Origin: Tricharina praecox
Taxonomy: Eukaryota
Direction: 5' to 3'
Assembly (NCBI RefSeq): GCF_024521635.1
Contig: NW_026250427.1
Span: 248,001 to 312,000, forward strand
DNA: 64,000 nt
The first letter of the stretch is position 1, and the number at the start of each line of letters is the position of its first letter. Under the pieces are notes generated by a model that worked only from the letters and a program-made list of their open reading frames with translations, ran no database searches and was not told the DNA's origin. Made by a program: the position numbers and the translations under genes. This document shows, piece by piece, positions 11,053 through 25,619 of this stretch.

Positions 11053-13839
11053 CTTGCTGTGATGCTGTGATGATTGTAAGAGAAGCTGTTGGGACGTGGT
11101 GATGATCTGTGAGGAGGATGGGGAGGAAATCTTCAACATGCGGATGTCAGAGTGTCTTATATCCCATTGAGTTCATCAGGCCCTCCGGTACCTTTTGCTC
11201 TGGTCACCTTTCGTCCCTCCTTCCGCAACACTGCCTCCATGAAAAAAACCTCATCTGCTGCTATGGCGTCCGCTTCCATTCGCAGTAATCGAGGTCTGCC
11301 ACGAGACTTCAGGTACCATCTGGGACCCTGCAAGCGGTGCTGACTGGTAACGACATGGTATAGTACTAGTACACTAGTACAGTGGCTATTTTCGAGCGAG
11401 ATCGAATGATAGTCAACTTCTAGGCTGGGTGCAAGTTCATGGGGTGGAAGCGAGCGTGCGACCGGGCTGAGTACATAGAATGTATGTACTTTGAGTCGAG
11501 TAGCCATCACACAAACGGATAAGACCGGTGTGTACCGTCCACCAGGACCCCATGCCGTGGTCTGTCAAAAGGCAACAAAGTACAGTGTTGGTCGATTGGC
11601 GAATAAGAACAACAGGCCAATAAGCCAAGGCCCTGTCCTTGCCATGCAGCGTGAAGGCTGAGGACTTTGCGGATACTCTACATAGTGGAGGCGGTGGAAG
11701 ACAGGACAAGAGACCGACCGACCGGCAAGCCAACAATAGACGGGCTGACAGGTTCTTGAGTCTTCACCTCGTATCCCCGCAACATGGGCGAGATCATCCC
11801 CCAGTCCGTTGAGGGGAGCAAGCATTGCAGAGATTGCCCGCCTTGGAGATATCGTGAGAGCAAAAGCGAAGGTGAGTCCGGTGTCGGCTGTGCGGTGGAA
11901 GAACGGTTAGGCCGACCACCGCCTCGAGTCAACCTCCACCCCACCTCGAGATCCAGATCCAGATCTGCATGAGTGCTTATTTTTGTCTTTCTTATTTTTT
12001 CCTGCTTCCCCTCGCTTTCTTGGATCGAAACCGGCAGTCTGTCGGAGAAGAAGCAGCGGATGAGCTGAAAAGTCTCGAGATGCAAACAAGCAGCACTGGC
12101 ACTACTCGAAAGGCCCCCCATGATTTGTGTCGACTGGATCCAAGTTGCAGACTGCGATAGCCAACCAGTTGCCAACTAGTGCAACGCTGTTGGAAAGAGG
12201 TTACTCGATTATTCCACTGCTCATGCCTGCACTTTGGCGGAGCCATACTTACTTCATAGTTTATCCACAGGCGATGGGATCGACAGCGCGGCGGTGGCTG
12301 GGCTGGCTGGACTGGATGGACTGGATGGCTGTAGCGCGTTCAGCTATCGTACTATGTTTGTGCGGAAAGAAGGAGAGACAGATAGATAGCGAACCAAACC
12401 ACCTTCCGCTTCACGGTCACGATGTGCGGTTGGAGCATCATCTTGCATCTGCATGGCAGCTAGTTGATTGTGAGTCGAATATCTGTCTGCCGGCGCGCGG
12501 GACGGTCGTCGGAGTGTCGGTGTCTGACATCAGAAATTAGAAGTGCGATACTATTAATACGCATCGGATACGACCCTGCAGATTCTAACCGCAGCCGCCA
12601 GAGCCTCACAATCCATCCCCGTCCAGAGCTCACTGAGCCTCACTCCCACTCCCACGCCCACTCCCACACTAGTCCCCCACTCCTACCTCCACACCCACTC
12701 CCACACCCATTCACACTCACACTCTCACTCAAAAATGTTCTTCAGAGTGCACGCCTATGACTGCCTGCAGAATGCACCACACTTGCCAACACGACCGAGC
12801 AGGGATGGCGGTGGCCGCGGCTTTTGCCGGCCTGCGCATCGAATCCTACATGTCCCGGCCCGCCCGTGAGCGTGAAATGGCTTTGTCTCTCTCCTTCGCT
12901 TCGCTCGTGGCGGTCAGCATATCTCGCGATTGCGGGCACCAATAAGGACCGCACTCGAGCAACCCCTTCAGCTACGGCTGGAATGCGGGATACAATTCTC
13001 AGCTCAGCGGGCCCTCCGGTGCCGAAGTCGCTCGCCTTCCAACCCGCACGCTGGCAAGGCGAGACTTCGACATGTGGCCGCTCGACGCTAAATTCCGTGC
13101 CCCCAAGAATCTAAGTATGTACATGGCGACCGGTCAACGGTGAACTGCTGAAAATATGAACGACCGGCATCGGCTGAATCGATGTGACCCGCAGAAAGTA
13201 CCGTCCTCTCTCAAGATTTCCTTTCCCCCCGGCGAATGATCGTACGGAAGGAGCATACCAATCCCTCCAGCTAACATCCAGACCAGCAGTCCATGGCGAG
13301 TCATACATGCTCGTAGTTCCTTCCGACGACGTCAATGACAACGGACACCCACGGAAGGAACGGCCTTCCGCTGGGTATCAACTCTCAAGGCTAAGCGGGC
13401 GTCCACGATCCAGTTCCAGTGTTCGTGTGTTTGTGTGTGTTCATTCTACCAGGTTTTTATTTTTTTTGCCTGACGACATGCAGGTGAGAACATGGGACGA
13501 AGGCACAGCAGACTGGTCCAATCACTTCATTCGTGCAGCGCTGCGAAGACCGAACCTTACTATACACTGAGTTACCTAAACAAAACTTCCCGTACTAGGT
13601 ATGCGATGCTGGGCACGCTCGCCAAAGACTGCAGAATCAGTATGTACGGTATGTACTCTATCCATAGAGTAGGTACCTATAGTTATGGGCGGATAACTAA
13701 CAAGTAGATATCCTGGCCCCAGCCAGCCCAGCCCAGCCTTATCGAATGGATCGTGATTACTTTCGATCCCAGTACCCAGCAACCAACCCCGCGGACACAC
13801 ACCCGGAACCACCGGCACCATTCGGATCAACGCTGCACA

Positions 13840-13985
13840 ACACACATGTACTTGCTTACTTGGGCAGAGTATCGAACAATTGCTGCCTACACACATGTTC
13901 TTACCTACTCACTTGGCTGGGGAATCGAACAATCCATGTACTTACCCATTTCCTTGGCTGGAGAATCGAACAATCGCTGCGGCGC
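13840..13985. repeat. Degenerate ~45-bp tandem repeat, 3 units
   Basis: Recurrent catgt(a/t)ctt...cttgg..g(a/g)g(t/a)atcgaacaat units. Confidence 0.6.
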
Positions 13986-16158
13986 TGCCTACATACATAC
14001 GAGATCATCCGTGTACACTAAATATGTAAACACCTATCTAGGCCCCAGGAAAGACAACTCACGCTGACGCCGGGGGTGGCCAGCGACGATGAAAGCTTAG
14101 CATCGGATCAGCGGGTGTGATGAGGAGGAGTGCGCCTCGCTTGAGAACGCAGCTATCTATTCTCTCTCTCTCAAGGCGTTATGACACTCTACATACAAAC
14201 ATGGACAGACTTGCCTCGTATGGACGCCGCGCTCCCCGCACATGAACATGAACATCGAACGGACGAGCTTCGCCCACCCCCAGCACAATACACTCGCAAT
14301 GGATGGAGTTGCCACTTCGCGAATAGACGGAGTGTGGGCACCGGGAAAAGCCCTCGCAGATGAACACCCGTGATCACTCCCTCTCCGGTGAAGTAGGTAC
14401 ACGTTCTAACTTCAGCCGTACCGTACCTGCTCCTCTCCATCTCACAGGTACGGACGGAATAAGAACGTGGGGGTGAAGACAAGCAATTTGGGGGCGAGCA
14501 GAGAATCTTCCTCTCGGTTCGGCATGCAGTCTGACCGCCGATAATCCGGTGAGCGTGAGCGCTGACAGCCTGAAGCTAGACAGAGGAGCACCACATAGCC
14601 GGGCCGAGTGGGCAAGTTTTGCGCGTCGGGACCCGAACGCCGCCCCCAGAACACCCCCGACGGTCAGCGTGGAGTACCCAATTACCTACCAAGTATGTAT
14701 CGTCCCGGATGCAGCCCTGCGCTCTGGTGCCCAGCTACTGCTACCGCACCTAGAATGTGGACGGCTTTCGATTCCTATCTACGGCACTCTAATCCAAGGC
14801 CCGCGGACTTATTCGTGAAGCCTAATGTGATGAATTACACTCATGCAAGGTGCACCTACTCCACGGTCGTGCGCTCGTGCGGAGAACACCGAGTGAATGA
14901 GTGTTCGTATGCAATCAAACAATACCCATCATCGACCCATCGCGAATACAATCTTCCAATGTTTGCATTGCGAATTTTGATCCCGTCCGTGTGACTGACT
15001 GTCCGACGGTCGCATTCCTTCCGTCAGGCTTCACTGTCATCCGACGTCCCATACTTGCGTCTCGCCCAGCGCGCCTCGTTGTAAATGAGCAGCCAACGGA
15101 TTGCTGTACCACCACCACTCAGCACAGGCACCACCACCAAAAGGAACCACTGGCACCAGGAACAGCCGAGTGATATCTGTGTACCGTGTATCGACACACA
15201 TCAGCCCCCTTTTCTAGGCAGCCACAGTACAGTCCAGCTCAACTCAACTCAACCCAACTTAACCCAACTCAGCTCTCACTCACCGCCTGGCTGTCACCGC
15301 CTGGCAGGTTGTCACCTCGCATTCGCCCGTCCACACGCAGGTGGTGGTGGGGGTGGTGGCCCGAGCTTACATACTCTACTCTACATACAGAGATTGCTGG
15401 TATGTATGTATGTATGTATGATATGTACGTGGCGGTGACTTGTCACTGTCACTGTAACTGTAACTGTCGCTTATGTCCCAGCGGGCGACGGGCTGCGGAT
15501 TGCGGGAACACCTGATGATTACGGCAGACTATGTATCATGGATAACGCCCGGTTGCCCGGTTGAACCCCGGTTTTCCCGGTGCCTGGGGCCTGGCCGCTG
15601 GTGTCGTCGTTGTAGTCGTCTTCGTGGTCTTCGCCGCGTGCCTAGCGTGCGTCCGTCGGGAGGGAGGGTGGTCGGAGGGTGGTCGGGGGGTGGTTGGGAC
15701 AAGGCGAGATAGACGTCGTTGCGTGCAGTTCTACAAGGCACGGCAAAGGCGAAATTACATGTTTACTTCCTACTTACGCATGACCGCCGCCGCTTGACGA
15801 CATCGCTTGCGGGTATTTTGCGACATATGTCCTTATGTATGTACGCGTAACTATGTAATTTCAAGTTGGTGCGGGTATGCGAACGGAGGGTATATAGGTA
15901 CTTATTTGATCTGGGCCCACGCAGAAAGAAAGGAGCTCGGTGAAGTATGTACTGATGCATTGCATCTATGGAGCAGGTATCGATTATGTAGGTACGGTAC
16001 CTCCCCTAATCTACACAGGAAGCAGCCTAAAGAAAAAAGAAAGTTTACACGCGGCCTTCGCTTCACTTCCATGATCCATCTATTTATCCGTTCCGAATCT
16101 AAGTAGGGTATAATACAGTCCCGTCCCCGTCCCTCCCCTCCCCTCCGCGACCGAGCAT

Positions 16159-18015
16159 TTACTCTGCGAACTCAGCATCGACAGACTCAAAGTGTTCATA
16201 GAGGCCCGTGAAGATCTGGACGCCCAGACCGGGATCGAGCGAGCCGCACGCTGCGCGGATGGAGTGCATCGAGAGCTGCGCCATTCCGGCGTCAATCGCG
16301 CGGCAGCCCATAGCCGAACTGAGCATGGGGCCGACTGTGCCGCCGCTGCGCGAGTCATTGCGGATCTGGAAGACCTGCAGCGTGTGTCCGCTCTTTTCGG
16401 CGATGCGCTGGAGCAGCGCGGAGGAGACGGCGTCGGTCGTCATCTATGCATATAGTTAGTATCGTGTACACACGGTAGGAGAAGATGCGTGGGTAAACAT
16501 ACGTGTCCGTTGGGGTCGGCGGCAACTGTAATTCCGACGTTGAGCTTGGGCGAGTGGTCTTGCAGGTAAGAACCCAAGAAGTTGGGGTTGACGGCGTGAG
16601 TGACGTCTGCCGACAGCAGGAAACTGTTGGCGTAGGTCTGGTTCACAACGTTCTAGTCCCCAGTGTTAGCATACAGGTATTTTGCGTGGGTAGGTGATAG
16701 TCTTACTGCTCCAGCCTTTCCATCTTTCGAGAAAGCTTCGATGATGCGCTCCACGGCACCACTCAATAGGTTTCCCCGAGCACCTTGACGCAGCTGGCTG
16801 CCAATCTCCTCGTCGTCAAACAAAGCGCAGGCATTCACGGTGCCCCGGCCCTCTAAGTCTTTGCTAGCTTCAATGACTCCCTCCAGCGCAGCCCACGAAC
16901 AGAGCTTGTCGTCGATTCTCGGCGCGAACAGCAACTCCTTGGAGAGACCTCCTAGCCTCGAGGGCTCAAACTGGTAGAGCTCGAGCTCCCAATTGATGAT
17001 GGAGGAGTAGTCTTGGATTCCGAGCTCGGATGAGATTGCCTTGACGAGACGTGCGGGCTGGCTAGCCGCGAAGGTGCCGGCGGGCATGGTCAACTGCTCA
17101 TCCTCAGAGCTGTACGTGCTGTTAGCCACCCATCTCCAACTACAGTAGTAACAGCGAACTCACTTCTCCAATCCGATCACAGGAGTCATCTGCGTCTCCT
17201 TGTTGAACGGCCCGGATGCCGCGGCGCCGAAGTGCGGCGCCAGAGTAGAAATACGCGCGATCGGCCAGTCGAGGTTTACCAATCTGCTCTCGATCTTGCC
17301 GTCCGAAGTCTTGACCATAACGCGTCCACCGACACCGAGATCACTGCAGGTCCATCTATCAGTAACGCGACTCTTCCCAAAGCAGACTCCGCCGAGCATA
17401 TTGTACATACCGATCCCACCAGGTGGAGTTCATTCCGCCCGCGTACGGCGCAACACCGAGCATCACATAACCTGCGCTGTTGGGCTTCTTCGAGATAGGC
17501 TTCAGCCGCGCCGTCAACGCGTCGATATGTCCGGCGGCCATCGCAACACCGTTACCAGGCTCGTACGCGGTGGGGATGCTGAACGCGACAATCGACGATC
17601 CGTTCCTGGTCGTGAAATACTTCCCGCCCTTCTTCAGCTTCGACTGCCAGCACTCGCGCTCGCTGAGCTTAACGAAGCCCTCGCCCTCGAGCCGCTTGCT
17701 GAAGTAGGACACGGCATGGAACACCGTGGGACTGCTGTCGATGAACTCCATGAACGGCTGCGTGTACTCGGCCGGACAGATGTCCTTCGCGGACTTGTTC
17801 TTGCTCTTGCTCGTGGCATTCTTGTGGCGCGACGGGAGGCTCTCGAGAACGCTGGCGAGGTCCAGAGGCTCGTTCGCGGCGTTGACAATGTTGCCGTCTG
17901 CGTTGATGCGTGCGCCCGTCCGGAGGAAGCGGACGACCGCGCTCTCGATGTCGAGGGTATCGCGGTCTTGGGCGGCGGCGGTGGCACGCAGACTCGTAGT
18001 GCTGGGGGTACGCAT
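16159..18015 (-). CDS. APE1: M18 aminopeptidase, vacuolar aminopeptidase I (Ape1/Lap4)-like, 5 exons
   Basis: SPTVFH, GHIDAL, VAPYAG..WWDRDLGVGGR, LAPH, RIDDKLCS, FDDEEIGS, SADVTHAVNPNF, RSGGTVGP and LSMHSIR. Introns 17410-17344, 17163-17110, 16706-16653 and 16502-16444 give a continuous frame. Confidence 0.88.
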
Positions 18016-19790
18016 CGTGATGTGAATGTGAATGTTTACGTTGAGATGAAGATTATAGAAGACTGTATGTAGGAGGTGTATGTACGATGGCTGGATGTAA
18101 CGAGAAGGAAGCTGAAGGAAGATGGAGATGAGGAGGTTAACTATCGCAGGAGCTCTATCTATCTATCAGTGTCCGTCACTTGAGGCGAATACCTACGGGC
18201 ACGGACCGGGAGTTCACGTGTCACCATCCCCAATGATCCTTGCCCCCGCCACCTCCGATAACCCCAGTTGTCTACGGTGGCTTGGCAGGCACCTCCACTC
18301 CCGCTATCTTTGACTCCTCCAGCTCGGCCGTCGGCATCGATACGGTATCTTTCGGCGACAGTTATATAGCAGCAGTCGGGCTAGAACCCGATGACTGGCA
18401 GGCGGCGACCATAATAGAGTTACGAGCGTGATGAAGCGGGGACGTCGGAATCTCTCCGACCATCATAGCCGATGAGGAGGAGACTACCGTATCCGAACCA
18501 ATAATCCGCAACCCGGCGCAAGGAGCTGTCACGCGCCGTCGATGGCGCAAGCACACCAACCCCGGTCCCCAGATCCAGACGCCACCTCCGTTTGCAGGGT
18601 TCAGGACTCCAGGTTGGGCTGTGCCTGTCGGGAAGAGTCAGCGCTCAGACTACCCCGAAGCAGAACTGAGCGGCTGCCAGATGGCCGATAGGTACTCGAG
18701 TACCCAGCCACTGGTGACTGACTGAAGGTCTCAGTTTAGCATAGGTAGGTACACCCGTGGATGGGGCTGGGGAGTCAGCACGGAAGCCCTTTCCGATAGT
18801 TGCATGCGGTTGCCATAGCAACGCATCGCTTGGGTCTGCGCAAACACTGAGCATTCAGAAAGGCGTCCGCGACGAGGTCAGCCACAGCAGCTCTACTCTA
18901 CTTGAACTTAGAAGATGACAGTATTCTACTTCTCTATCTAGATATCGTTTCATACCTACCCAGCTTCTTACCAACTCGCGTAAACGTGTTCAAACCCCGG
19001 CTCAAGCGAGTGCGATCCTGTGCATGCGTAACAAGTGAGAAATTAAGTAATTAGCCAACGCCGGCTCGTAAGTAATTATCGGCCGCTGGTCACAATGGCA
19101 GGTCTAGGGAGGGGTGTATGGTGCCTTTGTATTCCTATGTAGATACCGGGAGCAGTGGTGCGCCGACTTGATGCTATGAAAGGGACTATTAGTGTACCAA
19201 GTAGAGCCAGTCTGCCGAATTCTCAGCTTCAAAGAAAGATATGTCAATCGAATCAACAAATACACACTTACCTAAGGTCGGCTCTAAGGCAAGCTCTCGT
19301 GATTCATCGGCTTTAACTCCTTATGGGAGATAATATTGTAGTGCCTCGTTTGTGAAGCCTGCGGGACTGTGGTGGGGTTTGTTTCTGAAGATGCAGCAGC
19401 GGGATAACAAAGCGAGTGATATTTTATGAGACGACGTGAGTGATCAAGATGGTAGGTGTGGTCCATATCTTGAAAGACGTCAATTCCCTACCCCCTTCTC
19501 ACTACAATTCTTCCCCCATAGCCATCTCCATCTTGTCACAATTTTACTTTATTCGAATGCTCCTTGATGATCCACAGACAAGAGTTGAGGCTGACGGTAC
19601 TCTAGTCACTGCCTACTGTGCTATATGTACGGGATGACAGGACTAGTTTGGCATGGACGTATGGGAAAAACAATGAAGTCATATTTCTGTAGATAAGTAT
19701 GCAGCCACGCACAGCGGGATGATTAAAAACACTCTATATCTACCTGAACCCCGTATGTATAGTAGTAGAGCTTGAACGCCTCCACTCCGG

Positions 19791-21828
19791 CTACTCCTTC
19801 TCCTCCAACAGCACCTTCTGTAGATGTTCACATAATCTCGCCATAATCCATTCCGTCTCCGTGCCCGCACTGAGGAGCGGACCATCATCACCGAGCCATT
19901 TCCATTCCACTTCCTCTTGTTCCTTCCCCGTATCCTCCGTCTCCCCCAGCAACTCCAAAAAACTCTTCCACTCATCCCAGTCATACTTCCTGGGCGGCTC
20001 CTTCCCAATATCCGTAGCAAGGTTGGATATCTCCTTCGCGATCCTGGCGCCGAGATGGTGTTTCCCTTTCTCTGCTGGGACAGGATCTATCGCCTCGGCT
20101 GTCTCTTCGCGATGCTCGATCGCGTGCCCGAGGTGGGATAGATCTGAGCGCAGTCCGGATAGTTCCGGGTCGACATCGCGGGGTAGCTCTTTCTCGCCGT
20201 CGGCTTCGCGCTCGACGCGGTCGGGGGATTTCGACGACAGCCCCTTCTCCATGTTCTTGCCGTGGCGCTCGGGAAGGATCGTTTTCTGGCCGACCCAAAG
20301 GGTGCCGTGTTTTACCCAGCCGACCACGGTGTCACCCATGCTCGAGATAAGGATTGTTACCGCCGGGATGGCCACGAGCGACCAGACGACGAAGAAGGGC
20401 TTGCCGAAGTTGCTTTGCGGGTAGTAGTCGCCATATCCGATGGTGAGCAGACTGACGTACGTGAAATACAGACTCTGGAAGTAGGTCCAACCCTGGTCCT
20501 GCTCTGAATGCGAGAAGACAATCGCTCCGCCGAACCACACGATCAGGAACGCGATGAGCGCCGTGCCGAGCCCCCACCAGCGACGGTTCATGTTCGCTGC
20601 GTCTTGCACACTGCGCATAAGCTCGAACTCGGTCTTCCAGTCCGTGTCGGAGCACTTGAGATCCTTCAAGATCTTCTTGCGTTCCTTGTGGATGGCGCGG
20701 TTGCGGACTTTGCTTTTCCCTCTCTCGAGGAACAGACCGCGGACTGAGCCGACGACGAGACCGACCATGATCACACCACCGACAGCGTACGGGATCAGGA
20801 TCCCCTGTGATACCTGCCTCTTCGGACTGAAATCGCTGCCAAAGCCGATGGTTAAGAGCGTTAAATCCGCCCAGTACACACCATCCACAAAACTCCACCC
20901 CTCTAGTGAGCTGAAGATCCCCGCGCCTAGGGATAGATAGAGTGTGTACGAGATCGTCTGCAGCATCAAGGTGCGCTGCGGGATGGTGAGGGTCATGAAC
21001 GATGGCGGATACGCCTTGAAGAGGTATGCGCCCACCGCATTCCATACGAGTAGTGTCGAGATCAGGAAGTAGAGCGCGGCGGAAATGATGCCGTAGTAGT
21101 AGGATTGCGAGAACGCGTGATTCTTGGGCGGGAGCCGGAGGTGCTTGTGTGCGGCGACTACAAGTGCGAGGAGGAGGAGCGAGGATATGTACCTGCGACC
21201 TGTCAGCCCTCACTGCATGCTACGTACGGCAGTGATTGCGTGCCAGAATACGATTGTCAGCGGTTGCGCGATGGCATACCGGACGCGATGCGCAAAGTTG
21301 AGTAGAAGCAGTAGATTCGCCGCGATAGCAAACACGAGCGAAACAGCATTCACCGCGATCAACCTGTATACGTAAACATCAGCCAGGTCGACCGCCACGC
21401 CATCACCTCCTCGCAGATAAGCAGACCACGAAGGATCCGGCACCCTCTCCGCCGTCGCCTCCGTCTGTCCCGGTGGAATCCTGACTCTCCAAGTCATAAC
21501 CAGCGCACACACACTAAACAGATTCGCCAGCGGTCCAAAAGTTCCCGCAATCAGCGGAAACACGGTCGACGTGAACCACCATCGCCTATATTCCCATCAG
21601 CAGCCGATCTCCCCTCCAACGCGCCAAAAAGACAACCTACTTCGGCTGCGGATGCGCTAATTTCTGGTCGACTTCCGATCGCAACTGTTTTCGGAATGCG
21701 GCGCTGGCGCTGGGAGATCCAAGACCTTGTTGCTCCTCCGTTGTAGTGCTTCCAAGACGCCGCACCAGCGTGCGCTCGGCGTCCTCGGCGGATTCTTTGA
21801 GGGGTCCGCCGAGTTCTAGATCGTTCAT
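19791..21828 (-). CDS. TOK1: TOK-family two-pore outward-rectifier K+ channel, 4 exons
   Basis: RWWFTSTVFPLIAGTFGPLAN N-terminal motif; two pore loops LLTIGFG and LLTIGYGD. Introns 21640-21586, 21426-21364 and 21243-21193 (GC donor). Confidence 0.9.
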
Positions 21829-22816
21829 GGCGCCGGGAATGTGATATAATGGGGTGAGGAGAAGAGGCCGAAGATTGGGATATTTTCAGCTGATGCCCGC
21901 CGCTTCATGGTGGTGCTGGATGTGCTGTGGATTTGGGCGTAATGGACGTGGACGCAAGGTGCGTGGTGACAAGCGAGTGGCAGGTGAGTGGCCGGGACTT
22001 GATTGGAGTGTGAGGCGAGTGAGCAGGCAAACGGTGATGTCATTGGTCTCCTGCTCTACCATCGCCTTCAGCCGCACCGTTCGTGATTTGATCTTGTCTG
22101 GGTTCTCGAACAGGCCGTTGGATATCGTGCCAGCACTCGTTTCTTCCCTAGGTAGTTTAGTCTACCTTACGAAATCGGACTTCAGTAAGTCAGACTCCAT
22201 CTTGGTTTTCTGGGCTGTCAAATTACGTACCGTAAATTCTGAGGCGTGACGGAAAATTGTCATGTCAAGTTGTAAAGTCTTGGCTATCATGATGCTGTGA
22301 GAGCAGTTAGGACGATAGCAAAGGCGTTTCTGTAGATACATAGCCAGACGGCTGTGGAGTGGTTTTTCCTTTACCTTGACCCTGCTCTAACACGACAAAT
22401 GGAGTCTCCGAAGTGAAAATATGAGATGTGGGTATGGAGAGAGTGAACGGCCAGCCACCGGACGGGGCGGTGCCGCGGACATCTAGCCACGCTGTCAGCC
22501 GCATCTGGCCACCAGCCACCAGCCACCAGCCACCAGCCACATTTGGCAACAACACACATTACCCCAGCTTTCTGGCTTTCCAACCGACTCGTGGCTGACT
22601 CAGCCTAACCGAAAATAGCGACGCGAACGACCCCACCGAGTCCCGGCCCCACCAGCGCACTACCTGGAAGTGGCCGCTTTCGTGCGGATCATCCGAGGCC
22701 CAATGTCATCGCTTGTGATGAAAGGTGTCCCGAACGCCGGTTTAAAAGTATCTACTTGAGAACTGGATTTGGGAACTCGAAATACGGTCACCATATCTTC
22801 TGACTTTGCCATCACT

Positions 22817-24229
22817 ATGGCGAGCAAATTCATCCTTCCCGGAGCTGTGGCTAGTATCGGTACGCACATCCATGGCGGTAATCATAATTAATTGAATGAG
22901 CATGCTGACGTGGATTACTATTCAGCCCTCGTCGCTGTCCTGACCCCCTTCCTCCGCAACTCCAACGAACTCCTCAACGTCTACCATGACTTCACACCTT
23001 ACCATGCCTTCGTCTCCGCCCTCTCGTCTACGTGCTCCCTCCTGCACGCGGATCAATTCCTCGGCTGCGAGGACATGAAGCTGGTCGACGATACCATCTA
23101 CACCGCCTGCAACACGGATCTTCGCAACCGCCAGAAATACTGGCCGGAGTACTCCCGTCAACCCCGCCCTTGGTCGGGCGATAAATTCTTCCGATGGGAC
23201 ACCGCCACCGACAGCGTCGTTGAGATCGATCTGCGCGGCATCCCCGGCGATGACGGCACCGCCGAAACCCGCTCCTTCCACGGCTTCGACGTAAACGTCC
23301 TCCCCGACGAGACCGTCAGTATCTACGTGATCAACCATCTCCGCCACGAGAGCGTGGTCGAGAAATTCGTCCACTCCCCCGACACCGCGTTCGCGACACA
23401 CGTCGCACGGCTGAACACCACTGTCGCGGGCGCCCCGCCGCACCCGAACAACGTCTTCTCGCTTCCCGAGCGCGATGCGGAGAACGCGATTTTTGTCACC
23501 AACGACCATCTGTACGCCCACGGTCCGCAGAGGATCTTTGAAGAGATTACACAGCGCCAGTGGGCGTGGGTTTCGTTCTACTCCGACAAGACGGGCTGGA
23601 AGAAGGTGCTCGAGAATGTGGCTAGTGCCAACGGTATCGCCGGCGATAAGTCTGTCGACGGTAGACGCGTCTATGTCTCTGAGATCTTTAGGGGCATCAT
23701 CCGTGTGCTTGAGCCTGTTGGCGACGAGGGCGAGCTGAAGGAGGTGCAGCAGGTGAAGGTGGGCATGCTCGGTGATAATCTCGGACGGTTCGGTGATGAT
23801 CTGTACATCACTGGGCCTGCGAAGGGCCTGCCGGTTGAGCACTATATGCGAGACCCTGAGACAGCGGGATCTCCCGGGATGGTCGTCAAGAGGATCAACA
23901 CCAAGCAGCTCGGTGGCGGGTTCTTTGGTGGCGGGTACACCGCTGATCCAATTGTCGAGTTGCTGATCAAGGACGATGGAAAGCTGGGAAACATGACTAC
24001 GACGTCCGTGTTTAAGGCGCATAAGATTGAGGCGCCGGTGAAGGCCAAGCAAGAGGAGCAGGACGACGAGGAAATGATGGTCGAGGAGCAGACAACGGGC
24101 CAGCCGAAGGGTGATCTTTTCATTACCGGACTACAGTTCAAAGGTAGGGTCCTGCTTCGTGTAGATTTCGAGAGAGCATGAGCTAACTGATTGTGCGTAG
24201 GTATCATGAAGTGCACGAACTTTGAGTAG
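22817..24229 (+). CDS. Paraoxonase/arylesterase-like six-bladed beta-propeller (exons 22817-22859, 22926-24143, 24201-24229)
   Basis: N-terminal anchor after splicing (MASKFILPGAVASIALVAVL). Motifs GCED, FHG, VINH..ESVVEKF, PNN, VTNDH, ANGI and GDNL. Confidence 0.85.
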
Positions 24230-24673
24230 GCGGCTACCAGGCTGTACATATGCTGGCGGCGATATTATGTATATAAAAATAGGGCGTGAATGAATGAACG
24301 ATCACGAAAGCTTAGCGGACGCATCATTGATTTTTCTAAGTACTTACTCAATCACACACCATGCAGTATCACCCCTCGAAGGCGGAAGAAGGGGTGAAAC
24401 GAACCCGAACTGTGCCGCGGCTTCGGTCGGAGGTCGCGGGAGCGGGGACCGGCGGTCTGTTGTCTCTACAGGCTAGACACTGTATGACGGAAGTAGAAGA
24501 AAAAAGGCCTCATAGTGTAAATCTTACTTAGGAACCTATATAGCGTCTCTTGTCCACTCTTCATCATATTCTGTTCGAACCGATACAACGTGATGTAGAT
24601 CCAGCGCGAGCGTATCACTGTGGCATCACGTCTTGTCTCCCGAGTCCCGTCCGCACTCCAACCACACCAGGAC

Positions 24674-24715
24674 CTCCTTGCCCTCTCGCATAGCCAACAA
24701 AACAATGGAAATGAA
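24674..24715 (+). repeat. Short fragment of element R
   Basis: ctccttgccctctcgcatagcc..caatg matches 6063-6110; preceded by cacaccagg. Confidence 0.5.
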
Positions 24716-25360
24716 AGGCCACAATATCTCTATGGGAACTCAGCCGGAAACCTGCAATTGGGGACTCGACCCCCTAGTTCAAGAGTTACACAAACACAAC
24801 CATACAATAGACGGCGATCTCCCCAACCCCAGATGGGCCGACTGTGAATCGGTGAAGCGCTGAAGAGAAGAAGTGAAACGTGAGCCGGCTTGAGTGACGA
24901 TCCGATATCTTCTGGAAGATGAAGGTAGACCGCATACTGAGATGTTTAGAATTGGAGGAAAAAATGAAAATAAAATCGCCGCTTCATAACGTATCACACG
25001 GATTTTAGAGTTTTGCTGAGGAAAGGTGGATTGTGCAATTCACGAAATGATGCTATTATACTCCCCAGCCTTGGAGTTCTGCTGCAAGTTAAAGTCCGCA
25101 ATAATTGAAACTTTGTGACGAGTGCTCCTCAGTCTCGTATTTTCTTACTATGTCGACTGCTACTATTACCACTACCTCTCCGGTTGATTTCGCGAGAAAC
25201 CGAAGTCATAGGAGAGATGGACCCGGAGCGAAGGACTCGACGAGAAATGGTGGTCATGTAATTCTAGAAGTAAATACAGGTCTGCATCGCAGTATCGCAC
25301 TCCGTATGAATTTCTGGATTTGAACATATTTTATGCCACCCTAAGCTGTACTTACTACTT

Positions 25361-25410
25361 TGCCATGATCTATTTAGGTTGCAAGCAATTGATGATCAAA
25401 CAAAAAAAAA
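25361..25410 (+). mobile_element. Extreme 3' tail of a LINE-like retroposon with poly(A)
   Basis: gccatgatctatttaggttgcaagcaattgatgatcaaacaaaaaaaaa matches the LINE terminus at 31359-31406. Confidence 0.7.
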
Positions 25411-25619
25411 CGCTACCCAGAGCAGTACACCTCTGCTTGTGTGAGTGGGTTGAAGCACATGACCGGGGCCATCATTCAATCTCGTCTTTCAATACCTAGT
25501 TCCGAGCCGCCAGTGAAATGTTTGCCCCGTGCTCTCCGTCTTAAGTAGCTGCCTTCCATCCTCGACTCATTCCATTCCTCCCACGTTCTTATCAACCACG
25601 GACCAAATAACCCTTAGTT

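Noticed and set aside
9183..24229. Possible metabolic gene cluster (oxidase, peptidase, channel, esterase)
   Set aside because: No backbone synthase and no functional coherence; ordinary neighbours.
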